Origin: an uncultured virus (IMG/VR IMGVR_UViG_3300001282_000003)
Taxonomy: Duplodnaviria; Heunggongvirae; Uroviricota; Caudoviricetes
Reading direction: 5' to 3' (one strand)
IMG/VR virus record: IMGVR_UViG_3300001282_000003
DNA: 64,000 bases
The position numbers and the translations under genes are program-made. Below, piece after piece: positions 8,659-19,197 of this stretch (position 1 is its first letter; each line of letters starts with the position of its first letter). Under the pieces are notes generated by a model. It made no database searches and was not told the origin of the DNA. It saw only the letters and a list, made by a program, of their open reading frames with translations.

Positions 8659-9204
8659 TTAGATAATCTTACTAATTTGAATATGGCGATAAAGACTTTG
8701 AAACTCTTCTCTTATTTCTTCTTTGTATTCATATGAATAATTATTTGAAAAATAATCATATTCTTTTCTCTCTACTTTCTTACTAATTGATTCATAATTG
8801 GCTTTAACTTTATCAAAGCAGTTTTCTTTATCAGTCCACTTAACCATATTGTTAATTAAGTCAAAGTCAATCTTTTTGAATCCGTCAAAAAACTCAACTT
8901 GAGCATGTGAGTATAGATAGTGTCTAATAACTTTATCATAATAATCTTCTTCTAAAACTCCTTTAGGATTTGATAACTCTGTTGTTGTAAAGTAAAACTC
9001 AACACCTATGTTTATTAAATGTTTAACTAATTTTACTATTGCGTTTGAAACTCTATTGTCTAAAAAAACATAAACTATATCATCCTCAACAAAACAAACC
9101 GGTATATGTTCATATTTTTTGAACATAACAAATTTACCTTTAACAACCCAAGTAGGATTGACTAAAGGTCTAAATTTATCTGGTATTAAGTTATTTAAGT
9201 CCAT
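8659..9204 (-). CDS. hypothetical protein with C-terminal tag variant
   Basis: ends YRHIQISKII. Confidence 0.7.
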   Translation of the reverse strand: MDLNNLIPDKFRPLVNPTWVVKGKFVMFKKYEHIPVCFVEDDIVYVFLDNRVSNAIVKLVKHLINIGVEFYFTTTELSNPKGVLEEDYYDKVIRHYLYSHAQVEFFDGFKKIDFDLINNMVKWTDKENCFDKVKANYESISKKVERKEYDYFSNNYSYEYKEEIREEFQSLYRHIQISKII

Positions 9205-9520
9205 TCTCTTTTAATATCTTCAAAAATAATCTTTTTTGTTTTTCTCTGGTTTGACCATTACCTTCATCACGATAATAACCTTGGTCTTTGTTTGGAGAGT
9301 ATTTTACTTTGTGTTTAGTGTCCCACTTTGTAGTGGTGTGAGTTTTAGCTCTAAAGTGTATTTCAGTTCCGATATAAATTGCTATAGTAGGTCTTTGATG
9401 ATTAATGTCATTAACATCTCTAAATCCTCGCCACCACCTATTGGTACAAACAGCGCGAGACATTCTACGAATGACTATTCGTTCTTCCATATACCTACGC
9501 CATGCTCTATTTCGGATCAT
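9191..9520 (-). CDS. basic hypothetical protein
   Basis: Arg/Lys-rich ORF directly behind TATCTTTG (9525-9532, minus). Confidence 0.65.
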   Translation of the reverse strand: MIRNRAWRRYMEERIVIRRMSRAVCTNRWWRGFRDVNDINHQRPTIAIYIGTEIHFRAKTHTTTKWDTKHKVKYSPNKDQGYYRDEGNGQTREKQKRLFLKILKENGLK

Positions 9521-9543
9521 CAGGCAAAGATAGTAAAACTAAA

Positions 9544-11388
9544 TTACTTTAGCAACTCTGTTTTTCTTAGGTCAGAGTTTTTACCAAACCATATATCTAA
9601 AGAATTAGCTGACATATCATCTTTTGAGATTAAAGTCATTTTAGGACTATTGATAATATCTTGATACTCATCATCAACAAGTGCGGCTAAACCTTTCTTA
9701 TACTTAATCTCATAGTTCTTCAAGTCGTTCTTAGCGGCCCAATCATTATATTCTGTTTGAGTATAGAAAAGAACTTTCTTTTTAGTTTTAGCTTTTGGAA
9801 CAGCAACTACGATAGGAGTTTCAACTTTATAAATCATTCGTCTCTCAAACATATCAGGCCAGTACTTGTAGAAAAAGTTTAGAAGCAATCCAGCGATTGA
9901 ATTTCCATCAACATCAGCATCTACATAGAAAAGTATTCTACCATATCTTAAATCTTTTAATTCAATTCTTTGTCCTAATTTCAAACCAATAGCCGCCATT
10001 AAATTAACAACTTCTGTATTTTGAACTAATTTTTGATTAGTCATTTCAGATACATTTACAAACTTGCCTTTAAGAGCAAAGGCTCCCATTGTTTGTGGAT
10101 CTCTATACTTTCTGAAAGCAGAGATAGCAGAATCACCTTCAAATAAACCAATTGAGTACTTCCATCTGTCTTTACCTTTAGCATCAATAAGCTTCTCAAC
10201 TTTAATCTTGTCAAGTTTCTTATTTAAGTCTCTTTGTAATTTAGATTCTTCAGCACTTTTCTTTTGTTGAATCCAATCTAAGATAGAATTAACTATTTCA
10301 GATTTAATAATTGATTGAATTAATTTATTAGTGACTTCAAAAGTAGAACCAAAGTCTTTAATCTCAGTGATAAGTTTCTCTTTAGTTTGAGAAGAGAATG
10401 ATGGATTAATTACAGTAGAATCTAGGAATAGAAACATATGATTCCTTAATTCACCAGGTCTTACATCTACTTTATGTTTCTTCATAAAGAACTCTCTTAA
10501 CTGAGCAATGATTTGATTCATCACATAATCAACGTGAGTACCACCATCATAAGTATCGGTAGAGTTGGCGAAACTGACTTGTTGGAATCCATTGTTAGAA
10601 AGAGCTATACCTAAAGACCAAGTTTTATCTTTCTTAGCTTCGTAGAAGAAGTCTTTAGTATAATACTTAATGTAATCTTCAAATGTTTTGATATTGACTA
10701 ACTTACCGTTAAAATAAACTTTAAGATTGGTATTACAAGCCGCAATATCATAAACTCTTTTCTCAAGCATCTTAAAGTGGTCATCATCGATTCCAGTTAT
10801 GGCAAACTTTTCGAAATCAATTAGGTAATTGATTTCAGTGAATCCTTTTGTAGATTTCTTAACTTTAGCCGCGGTTCTTTTTCTCATATTATTAGAGAAA
10901 GTTTGTGTAAAGTGATTCACTCCGTCGCAAGTAGTTACTGTAAATTCTTTTGAGTAAATGTTAGTAAGTGTAGAACCCACACCGTTTGTACCAGCACCAG
11001 TTCTTTGTTCTTCATCATTGAAGTTAGAACCTGCTTTAAGATTCGAGAATATCATCTCAGGAATCCACTCTTTATGTTGTGTGTGTTTAACTACAGGAAT
11101 ACCACCATTGTCCCAGATGTTTATGTAGTTTGTTGTTCTATCAATATTTACTTTAACAGTATTTAATTTAGAACCTGCTCTTTTGCTTTCATCTACAGAG
11201 TTGGTAACAATCTCATCAAAAATTTTAAGTAAACCTGGATTATAGGTTACTTCTTTTTGAATCATTTTATCATCTTCAACTATCCATTTAGTAGCTTTGT
11301 GAGGTTTAATAGAACCGATATACATACCAGGTCTTAATATAACGTGGTCAATATCATCTAACTTTTTGAACTTCTTATCTACTGACAT
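9544..11388 (-). CDS. DNA topoisomerase II large (ATPase/TOPRIM) subunit, T4 gp39+60-like
   Basis: HVILRPGMYIGS, EIVTNSVDE, GTNGVG GHKL motifs; EGDSA, DADVDG TOPRIM; YKKGL. Confidence 0.95.
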   Translation of the reverse strand: MSVDKKFKKLDDIDHVILRPGMYIGSIKPHKATKWIVEDDKMIQKEVTYNPGLLKIFDEIVTNSVDESKRAGSKLNTVKVNIDRTTNYINIWDNGGIPVVKHTQHKEWIPEMIFSNLKAGSNFNDEEQRTGAGTNGVGSTLTNIYSKEFTVTTCDGVNHFTQTFSNNMRKRTAAKVKKSTKGFTEINYLIDFEKFAITGIDDDHFKMLEKRVYDIAACNTNLKVYFNGKLVNIKTFEDYIKYYTKDFFYEAKKDKTWSLGIALSNNGFQQVSFANSTDTYDGGTHVDYVMNQIIAQLREFFMKKHKVDVRPGELRNHMFLFLDSTVINPSFSSQTKEKLITEIKDFGSTFEVTNKLIQSIIKSEIVNSILDWIQQKKSAEESKLQRDLNKKLDKIKVEKLIDAKGKDRWKYSIGLFEGDSAISAFRKYRDPQTMGAFALKGKFVNVSEMTNQKLVQNTEVVNLMAAIGLKLGQRIELKDLRYGRILFYVDADVDGNSIAGLLLNFFYKYWPDMFERRMIYKVETPIVVAVPKAKTKKKVLFYTQTEYNDWAAKNDLKNYEIKYKKGLAALVDDEYQDIINSPKMTLISKDDMSANSLDIWFGKNSDLRKTELLK

Positions 11389-11445
11389 TTTACTTAACTT
11401 AGAATTTTAAGTATATATGGTAAATAATTTCTTTTGTTTAGGAAT

Positions 11446-12111
11446 TTAATCTTTTAGAGGAATTTCGGGATTAACTTCAAAGTTTCTATTTAAATAATCT
11501 TTTAGTTCATTTTCAATATAGTGTTGAGGAACTTCCATATTAGAATCCATATTAGCCATCTTCTCAGATAACTCTAATGAAAACTTTTGTAGAACTTCTG
11601 GTTTAATTGCTTCTACTAATCTATCGGATACAACGAATGCTCTTGTGAATCTATCTTTTTCGGTAGTTAAATCACCTTCAGCGATTCTCATTGTTGCGTC
11701 AATAACTTTCTTTAAGAAGTCTGGATAATCGTGTCCTGGATCTGCTAAGATAGGAGCAACAACTTTATTAAATGCTCTTGATGTACCTAAAACATAACCA
11801 AAAATTGCTAATATTGGAAAGAAAGGTGCTAATAACATTGGAACAATTCTGTGTACGGCTTTAATAATACCTACTTTAAGTTCAGTTCCTTTTTTAGCGG
11901 CTCTAGCATCTTTGAATAAGGCATTTAACATACCAAATGTAAATACTTTACCATTTTCTTCTAAGTATTTTGCTAAATGACCTCTATGAGCGTGATATAA
12001 ATATGTGTTGATTTCTTTTTCATCAGTTACACCTAATTTTATAAGTTCAGCCTTGATATTACTATCAAACTTCTCTAAAATCAAAAAATCGTCATATTTT
12101 TTAAGTCTCAT
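11446..12111 (-). CDS. hypothetical protein with N-terminal capsid-targeting-like motif
   Basis: starts MRLKKYDDFLILEK directly behind AATATATA (12116-12123); one hydrophobic segment. Confidence 0.65.
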   Translation of the reverse strand: MRLKKYDDFLILEKFDSNIKAELIKLGVTDEKEINTYLYHAHRGHLAKYLEENGKVFTFGMLNALFKDARAAKKGTELKVGIIKAVHRIVPMLLAPFFPILAIFGYVLGTSRAFNKVVAPILADPGHDYPDFLKKVIDATMRIAEGDLTTEKDRFTRAFVVSDRLVEAIKPEVLQKFSLELSEKMANMDSNMEVPQHYIENELKDYLNRNFEVNPEIPLKD

Positions 12112-12221
12112 AATGTATATATTATTTTTACTTAGCATAAAAATAACATTGAAAAAATCAGTGTAATTTTTAAGAATTAAAGAACTTTATTAAAAATGAC
12201 TTTTATACATGAATAGATATA

Positions 12222-13160
12222 TTGATGAAAATTTTATACGGAATACAACTTAATGGAAACGGACATATAACAAGATCTTTAGAATTGATAAATCAACTAA
12301 AGGTAAAAGGTTATGAGGTTGATGTTATTGCCTCTGGTGGTAATTACAGTATAGAATTACCAGATTACATTAAGAAGTTCAAAGGTTTATCAATGTATTT
12401 TAACAAGTCTGGTAGAATCAATAAACTTAAAACAACATTATCATTAAATTTATTTAAATTAATAAAAGATATAAATTATGATTGTAGTGGATATGATTTA
12501 GTTATCTCTGACTTTGAACCTATAAGTGCTTACTCTGCTAAAAAGTACAAGGTAATATCAATAGGTATTTCAAATCAAGTTTCAATTACAAAATCAAGTT
12601 TTTTAGAATCTCTTTTTATTAAATACTTTGCTCCTTGTGATTATTATATACCTTTAGATTATACAAATGGTTATCAGCCTATTATATCTGAGAAGTTCTT
12701 GAATGGTAAAGTATCTGATGAAGATTTCTATTTAGTTTACTTAGCCGCTTACAGTTTGGAACATATTAAGAATGAACTTAAATACTCAGATAAAAAATTC
12801 AAAGTTTATAGTAGTGATGTTATTGTAGATTACGTTTATAACAATATAGAATTCAAAAAATCAAATAAAGATTCATTTCAGTCTGACTTACTTAGATGTT
12901 CTGGAGTTATAACTGCTTCTGGATTCTCAACAACATCTGAGGCTCTTGTTTTAGGTAAAAGACTATGGTCAATTCCAATAAAAGGTCAGTTTGAACAAAT
13001 TGATAATGCTACAAAGTTAAATAAGTTAGGTATCTATACAGATGACTTAACTTCTGAAAATTTAGAAAATTGGTTAAATAATTATACTAAAATAGATTAT
13101 GAATGGATTAATCCAATTGAAAGTATAGTTACTAAAATAAAAGAGATATATGAAAGTTAA
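12222..13160 (+). CDS. glycosyltransferase (GT-B, MJ1255/VC2487-like family)
   Basis: MKILYGIQLNGNGHITRS, DLVISDFEP, GFSTTSEAL, PIKGQFEQ. Confidence 0.85.
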   Translation: MMKILYGIQLNGNGHITRSLELINQLKVKGYEVDVIASGGNYSIELPDYIKKFKGLSMYFNKSGRINKLKTTLSLNLFKLIKDINYDCSGYDLVISDFEPISAYSAKKYKVISIGISNQVSITKSSFLESLFIKYFAPCDYYIPLDYTNGYQPIISEKFLNGKVSDEDFYLVYLAAYSLEHIKNELKYSDKKFKVYSSDVIVDYVYNNIEFKKSNKDSFQSDLLRCSGVITASGFSTTSEALVLGKRLWSIPIKGQFEQIDNATKLNKLGIYTDDLTSENLENWLNNYTKIDYEWINPIESIVTKIKEIYES

Positions 13161-13884
13161 AACATTATTTGTATCTGATATACATTTAGGTAACCACAAA
13201 TCACAACCAGAAAAACTACTTGAAGTTTTGAGAGACTACGAGTATGAAAATTTAGTAATTGTTGGAGACTTTATTGATTTAACATCATTAAAAAAGAAAT
13301 TCTATTGGAGTGCTAATCATTCAACAGTTATTCAAAAAGTTTTAAGAGCATCCAGAAAAGGAGTTAATGTTACTTACATATTAGGCAATCATGATTTCTA
13401 TTTAAGAGGTTTAATAAAAGATGAGAATATAAATATTGGTGATATAACTATTTGTGATGAGATGTATTATGAAACATCTAAAGGTGAGAAAATATACATT
13501 TGTCACGGTGACCAGTTTGATGGTTTTATCAGATTACATCCTTTTTTATATGTCTTAGGTGACTGGGCTTACGAATTTAGTTTTAAGATTAACAAAGCTT
13601 ATAACTGGTTAAGAAAAATTGTAGGTTTAGAATACTGGTCTTTATCTCAATATCTCAAATATAAAGTTAAGAATGCTATAACATTTATTAATGACTTCAA
13701 AATTTTATCACTTAGAAAATTAGATGAGGTTGATTGTGATTCAATTATGATTGGACATATTCACACACCAGCAATTGAAAAAATAGGAGAAAAAACCTAC
13801 TACAACACAGGTGATTTCTGTGAGACCTGTTCATTTTTATATGAAGATTTAGATGGTGAGATTAAGTTAGTCGTGATCGGATAA
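13150..13884 (+). CDS. metallophosphoesterase, LpxH/PlcP-like
   Basis: SDIHLG, GDFID, GNHD, HGDQFD, GHIH, NTGDFCE calcineurin-like motifs. Confidence 0.88.
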   Translation: MKVKTLFVSDIHLGNHKSQPEKLLEVLRDYEYENLVIVGDFIDLTSLKKKFYWSANHSTVIQKVLRASRKGVNVTYILGNHDFYLRGLIKDENINIGDITICDEMYYETSKGEKIYICHGDQFDGFIRLHPFLYVLGDWAYEFSFKINKAYNWLRKIVGLEYWSLSQYLKYKVKNAITFINDFKILSLRKLDEVDCDSIMIGHIHTPAIEKIGEKTYYNTGDFCETCSFLYEDLDGEIKLVVIG

Positions 13885-13921
13885 TCTAAAACAAACAAAC
13901 ATTTTTATCATATATAAACGT

Positions 13922-15265
13922 ATGATGACAGAAAAAACAATATCTGATTTCTTAGCCAATGAGTATAAGGAGTTCGCAATGTATTCAATTGAAGGTAGAG
14001 CTATCCCTTCTGTTATTGATGGTTTCAAACCAACTCAACGAAAAATTATTCACGTTTCAAACGATATCTGGAAGAATGGTAGTGAAAAAGCACTTAAAGT
14101 ATTTCAACTAGCCGGTAAAGTAGCATCTGATGCTTTCTACCATCACGGTAATGCTTCTTTAGAGAATGCTATTATCACAATGGCTCAACGATTTAAGAAC
14201 AATGCGGCTTTATTAGAAGAAGATGGTCAGTTTGGATCATTACGTTCACCTCAAGCTGGTGCGCCTCGTTATATCGGTACTAAACTATCTGAAAACTTTA
14301 GATTGATTTATAAAGACTTTGAACTTCTTGAATACAAAGAAGAAGAGGGTGAATCAATTGAACCAAGATTTTTCTTACCAATTGTACCAACCGTATTATT
14401 AAATGGCTCATCTGGTATTGCTGTAGGATTTGCTTCTAATGTTCTTAATAGAGATATTAAAAGTATCATTGATGCTTGTGTTAAAGTACTTGCTGATAAG
14501 AATCCTGGTGAAGTTAAACCATCTCTAAATGGATTCACTGGTGAGTTTGTTCAAGATTCTGAGAATAATAAAAGATGGATGATTAGAGGTAAGTTTGATA
14601 GAGCAAATACTTCTACTGTTAAGATTAGTGAACTTCCTCCTTCAATGACTTATGAAAAATATGAAGAAATATTAGATAAGTTAGTTGATGATAAATTAAT
14701 TGTTTCTTATGATGACAACTGTAAAGATAATATTGATTACACTATTAAATTTACAAGAGCTGATTTAGATAAGTTAGATGATGAGAAGTTAGTTAAGTTA
14801 CTAAAGTTAGAAGAATCATCTACAGAAATCTTCTCAACATTAGATGAGTTTGGTAAGTTAATGATATTTGAAAATACAAGTGACATCATTAAATACTTTG
14901 TTAACTTCAGGTTAAAATATTATCACAAAAGAAAACAATTCTTATTAGATAAAATGAACAGAGAGTTGAAAATACTTTCTAATCGTGGTCGATTTATTAA
15001 AGCCATTATTGATGGTAAGTTAAAAGTAAACAATGTTGCTAAAGCCCTCATCATTGAAGGCATTGAAGCAATGGGTTTGGATAAGATTGATGATTCATAT
15101 GATTACTTATTGAGAATGCCTATCTACTCTTTGACTAAAGAGATGTATGAAAAGATTAAAGAGGATTTTACTACTAAGAAAGAAGAAATTAAAATCTTAG
15201 AAGCAACTGATCCTAAAGATATGTACTTATTAGATTTAACTGAATTGAAAAAGAAATTCAAATAA
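13922..15265 (+). CDS. DNA topoisomerase II small subunit (GyrA/ParC-like, T4 gp52)
   Basis: RAIPSVIDGFKPTQRK, YHHG, APRYI with catalytic Tyr, LNGSSGIAVGF. Confidence 0.95.
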   Translation: MMTEKTISDFLANEYKEFAMYSIEGRAIPSVIDGFKPTQRKIIHVSNDIWKNGSEKALKVFQLAGKVASDAFYHHGNASLENAIITMAQRFKNNAALLEEDGQFGSLRSPQAGAPRYIGTKLSENFRLIYKDFELLEYKEEEGESIEPRFFLPIVPTVLLNGSSGIAVGFASNVLNRDIKSIIDACVKVLADKNPGEVKPSLNGFTGEFVQDSENNKRWMIRGKFDRANTSTVKISELPPSMTYEKYEEILDKLVDDKLIVSYDDNCKDNIDYTIKFTRADLDKLDDEKLVKLLKLEESSTEIFSTLDEFGKLMIFENTSDIIKYFVNFRLKYYHKRKQFLLDKMNRELKILSNRGRFIKAIIDGKLKVNNVAKALIIEGIEAMGLDKIDDSYDYLLRMPIYSLTKEMYEKIKEDFTTKKEEIKILEATDPKDMYLLDLTELKKKFK

Positions 15266-15279
15266 ATTGAATATCTAAG

Positions 15280-15633
15280 ATGAATCAAAGATCAATTAAT
15301 CTTTCACCCTGGAAAGAAATTTCTATATCAACTGAAGTACAACATCATACTTTAATTGATATAGCAACCATTATCATAAGTGATGATGAAGACTATTATA
15401 TAATTGAGGATGATATTGAAAAAGTAATGGATGTTAGTCAAATGCCTCATTATATAAAAGAAGATTGGATTAACTACAATAAGAAAGAACTTAACCAAAA
15501 AGTTATAGATAAACACATCGCAGTTTATACCGATAAGTCTGAAATGATATATCCACCTGACAGAGAAGTTGAAGAAATAATTTCTACACTAAAATCAATA
15601 AAAAGACATTTAATTATTAAAAAGATAATTTAA
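15280..15633 (+). CDS. hypothetical protein with C-terminal tag variant
   Basis: ends IKRHLIIKKII. Confidence 0.65.
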   Translation: MNQRSINLSPWKEISISTEVQHHTLIDIATIIISDDEDYYIIEDDIEKVMDVSQMPHYIKEDWINYNKKELNQKVIDKHIAVYTDKSEMIYPPDREVEEIISTLKSIKRHLIIKKII

Positions 15634-15651
15634 TTTTTGTATATTTGCTAA

Positions 15652-15822
15652 ATGAAGCATTTAAGACCAAGAAAAGAAGATCCATTTAAAGATTTTGCGC
15701 CAGTGATGACAAAAGATTGTCAAGGTGTCTGTGATCGTCAAGTTGTAATGACTAAGGAAGGACCAGTTATTGTTTGTAATGGTTGTATGAGAATTGTAAT
15801 GGATAATAGAGATAAAAAATGA
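15652..15822 (+). CDS. small zinc-ribbon-like protein (56 aa)
   Basis: Not in ORF track; MKHLRPRKED...CQGVC...CNGC; behind TATATTTG 15640-15647; ATGA overlap with rhomboid gene. Confidence 0.6.
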   Translation: MKHLRPRKEDPFKDFAPVMTKDCQGVCDRQVVMTKEGPVIVCNGCMRIVMDNRDKK

Positions 15823-16382
15823 TAAATTTAACACCAGTTGTAAAGCAGTTATTAAAGATTAATGTTATAGCTTTTATTATATCATATCTTTTATTTGAAA
15901 TGGGATTACCTTTTGTTAGTCAATTTCTATTATATCCAATTCAATCTGAAGAATTTCACATCTACCAGCTTGTGAGTTATATGTTTTTACATAGCTCACT
16001 CATGCATATTATATTCAATATGCTAGGTTTAATAACATTTGGACCAGATATAGAAGAAAGATTTGGTAGTAAAAAGTTTTTGAACTATTATTTAATAATG
16101 GGAATAGTATCTGGTTTATGTCATGCTTTATTTATAAGTAATCCAGTTTTAGGCGCATCAGGTGCTGTTTGGGGAGTTATGATGATATATGCTTTATCTA
16201 ATCCAAATACAATTCTACATCTTTACTTTTTAATTCCGGTTAAAGTTAAATATATTGTTGGTGTGTTTTTTACCATAGAGTTATACTTAGCACTTATAGG
16301 TGGTAGTGATGGTGTGAGTCATATTGCTCATGTTGGAGGTGCTTTAACTGGTCTTTTAATTTATTTGCTCAATAGAAAGTAG
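15819..16382 (+). CDS. rhomboid intramembrane serine protease
   Basis: YMFLH, HIIFNM, GASG catalytic Ser motif, AHVGG catalytic His. Confidence 0.93.
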   Translation: MINLTPVVKQLLKINVIAFIISYLLFEMGLPFVSQFLLYPIQSEEFHIYQLVSYMFLHSSLMHIIFNMLGLITFGPDIEERFGSKKFLNYYLIMGIVSGLCHALFISNPVLGASGAVWGVMMIYALSNPNTILHLYFLIPVKVKYIVGVFFTIELYLALIGGSDGVSHIAHVGGALTGLLIYLLNRK

Positions 16383-16545
16383 CCTTTGCTCATCCATTGT
16401 AAATAAATTATAACTTTAGATAAATCTTTATTTATAACTTGATATATATATATATTATATGTTATCTGGGCTAATATTCTAACATAATTTTTGTTAGTCA
16501 CCCAATTTGAGATAACTTTTGTTTTGAAAAATTTTATTTTATTTT

Positions 16546-18756
16546 ATGAGAAAATTGCTAACTATGTTATTTTCTGTGATTAGTTTATTTGCTATTTCAC
16601 AGAACTGTCCTGAATTAGGACCAAATCAGATTTTACCTTGTGGTGTAAATACTGCTATATTGACTGCTAACCTAACCGCTTGTGGTGCTGGTACAAATCC
16701 AAATCAAACAACTAACTATTCTGTTGCTTCTATTCCTTATGTTGCTCAAACAAATACGGGAACTCAGTTATTTATGACTGATGATTCACAACAAGGACCT
16801 TTTAATATAGGTTTTAACTTTTGTTTCTTTGGTACAACATACACTCAATTTTATATAGGTTCAAATGGTTGGATATCTTTCTCACCCGCACAACCAACAA
16901 CATTTAGTTCTCAACTAATACCAACTATCAATCCTTTAGTTCCAAAGAACTGTATTATGGGTCCTTGGCAAGATTGGCATCCAGGTTTAGGAGGTCAAAT
17001 TAGATATCAAACGTCTGGTGTTGCTCCTTGTAGAAAACTAACAGTTAGTTGGATTGGGGTTCCAATGTTCTCTTGTACAGGTAATCAAGGAACATTTCAT
17101 ATAGTTATTTATGAATCTAGTAATAATATTGAAAATCATATTCAAAATAAACCGGCTTGTTTAGGTTGGCAAGGTGGTACTGCTGTTGAAGGTATACATA
17201 ACTTAGCGGGTACAATAGGAATTCCAGTACCTGGTAGAAATTCAACTGCTTGGGTTGCTAATAATGATGCTTGGAAATGGACACCTAGTGGACCAGTAGT
17301 TACACCTGTATTAACTTGGTATCAAGTTGGTAATCCAGTTGCTATTGGAACAGGTCCTACTATAACTGTAAATCCATTAGTACCAACACAATATACTTGT
17401 CATTTTGTTTACCCTATTTGTAATGCGGGTTGGACTTCTTGTAATGCTGGTATTGCTGGACCTGGACCAGATACTGTTTTAGTTGTGCCAGGTCCACCTA
17501 ACATTCTTCTTAATACTTCATTTACCGAACCACTTTGTTTTAATGATTGTAATGGGACAGCAACTGTTACTCCAATAACAGGAACACCACTATATAATTA
17601 TTTATGGTCAAATGGTCAAACAACTCAAACTGCTACTAGTTTATGTGCTGGTGTTTATAGTGTAAATGTAACTGATATAAACGGATGTTCAGCAAATACC
17701 ACTGTTAATATAACTCAACCAACACAATTGATTTTTGATAGTTTAGTTTTATCTGATGTTACTTGCTCATTAAATGATGGACAAATTTTTATTTATCCAA
17801 ATGGTGGAACACCAACATATGATTATTTTATAGATGGTTTAATATCAAATGACACAATTACTAATCTCGCTGGTGGTAACTATACAGTTTCTGTAACAGA
17901 TAATAATGGTTGTACTATAGACTCAATCGTTTTTATTGATTTTCCTACACCTATAAATATTTCAGTATCACCAGTTGATACAATTCTTTGTGTTCCAGGT
18001 ACATTCAATTTTATAAATAACTCTACACCTGCTGTTAATATTGTTAGTTCAATAATAGATTATGGTGATGGATTTACTGATAATATATTATCAAATTCTA
18101 ACTTTACACATACTTATAGTACAGTTGGTATTTGGGATGTTATAGTAACAACGGTTAATGATTATGGATGTACATACACACAAACATTTAACAATATAGT
18201 AGAAACCGTTTCATTGCCAGTTTCTCAGTTTATGGTTGGACCAAACCCAACAACAATGTTTGAGACAACTGTTTCTACATTTGATTATTCAGGTCCTAAT
18301 ATTGTGGCTTGGAATTGGTCAGCACCAGGATCTTTAGAACTAACTAGTGGTCTTTCTAATCCAAATTTCACATACCCTGAAGGAATTATAGGTCAGTATT
18401 TAATTACTCTAACAGTTCAAAATAGCTTAGGTTGTAGTGATTCATCTTCTGTTGTTTTAATTGTTAATCCAGATGTATTAACTTATATACCTAATGCTTT
18501 CACTCCGGGTGGTGATGAATTCAATTCAACTTGGAAATTCTACTTATCAGGTGTTGATGAGCAAGATTTCACTATGTCTATATTCAATAGATGGGGTCAA
18601 ATGATATGGGAATGTCATGATATAAATGGTGAGTGGGATGGATCTTATAATGGGTATTATGTTCCAGATGGTTGTTATTTTTGGAAATCTCAGTTTACGG
18701 TTTTAAACTCTTCAGAGAAAAGAACTGTTATGGGTTATGTAACTATTATCAGATAA
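16546..18756 (+). CDS. secreted adhesin-like protein with SprB-like/PKD repeats and T9SS type B (gliding motility-associated) C-terminal domain
   Basis: Signal peptide; YLWSNGQTT...YSVNVTDINGC repeats; C-terminal IPNAFTP...IFNRWG...WDGSYNG...PDGCY. Confidence 0.88.
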   Translation: MRKLLTMLFSVISLFAISQNCPELGPNQILPCGVNTAILTANLTACGAGTNPNQTTNYSVASIPYVAQTNTGTQLFMTDDSQQGPFNIGFNFCFFGTTYTQFYIGSNGWISFSPAQPTTFSSQLIPTINPLVPKNCIMGPWQDWHPGLGGQIRYQTSGVAPCRKLTVSWIGVPMFSCTGNQGTFHIVIYESSNNIENHIQNKPACLGWQGGTAVEGIHNLAGTIGIPVPGRNSTAWVANNDAWKWTPSGPVVTPVLTWYQVGNPVAIGTGPTITVNPLVPTQYTCHFVYPICNAGWTSCNAGIAGPGPDTVLVVPGPPNILLNTSFTEPLCFNDCNGTATVTPITGTPLYNYLWSNGQTTQTATSLCAGVYSVNVTDINGCSANTTVNITQPTQLIFDSLVLSDVTCSLNDGQIFIYPNGGTPTYDYFIDGLISNDTITNLAGGNYTVSVTDNNGCTIDSIVFIDFPTPINISVSPVDTILCVPGTFNFINNSTPAVNIVSSIIDYGDGFTDNILSNSNFTHTYSTVGIWDVIVTTVNDYGCTYTQTFNNIVETVSLPVSQFMVGPNPTTMFETTVSTFDYSGPNIVAWNWSAPGSLELTSGLSNPNFTYPEGIIGQYLITLTVQNSLGCSDSSSVVLIVNPDVLTYIPNAFTPGGDEFNSTWKFYLSGVDEQDFTMSIFNRWGQMIWECHDINGEWDGSYNGYYVPDGCYFWKSQFTVLNSSEKRTVMGYVTIIR

Positions 18757-18794
18757 TTCTTTGGTATTTATAATTTTTTTACTATCTTTGCTTT

Positions 18795-19157
18795 ATGAAG
18801 ACTGAAAGTGTATTTAACATGATTGATAAAAAGATAATTGAACATCTTGTTGAAGGTCATGCTATACCTTTTATTCAGAAGGATCTTAATGATAAGATGA
18901 ATAAATTCTGTGATAATATTAAACAAGCTGACAAGACAGTGGATCTTTTGAAGCTACTTATGATGGAAACAGAAATCATAACTCCTTCAAAGACTAAGTA
19001 TCAAGTAATGTATATTAAAGTTTGTGCTCAAAGAGTTAAAGACTTAGATTGGTTGATAAAGAATAAATATAAGTTTCCTGGAAGATCTAATTCTCAAGTA
19101 TTTAAGTTAATAAAATTAAAAGAAAAACTTTCAATAGAAAACGCTATTTCTTTCTAA
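18795..19157 (+). CDS. hypothetical protein
   Basis: ORF directly behind TATCTTTG 18783-18790. Confidence 0.65.
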   Translation: MKTESVFNMIDKKIIEHLVEGHAIPFIQKDLNDKMNKFCDNIKQADKTVDLLKLLMMETEIITPSKTKYQVMYIKVCAQRVKDLDWLIKNKYKFPGRSNSQVFKLIKLKEKLSIENAISF

Positions 19158-19197
19158 TTTATTTGGCAAATTAGGTAGTTTTGCTTATATTTGTATT

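Noticed and set aside
9191..9520. C-terminal tag in REKQKRLFLKIL
   Set aside because: Spacing does not fit R-x-x-K-[IL]-x-x-[IL]; not counted.
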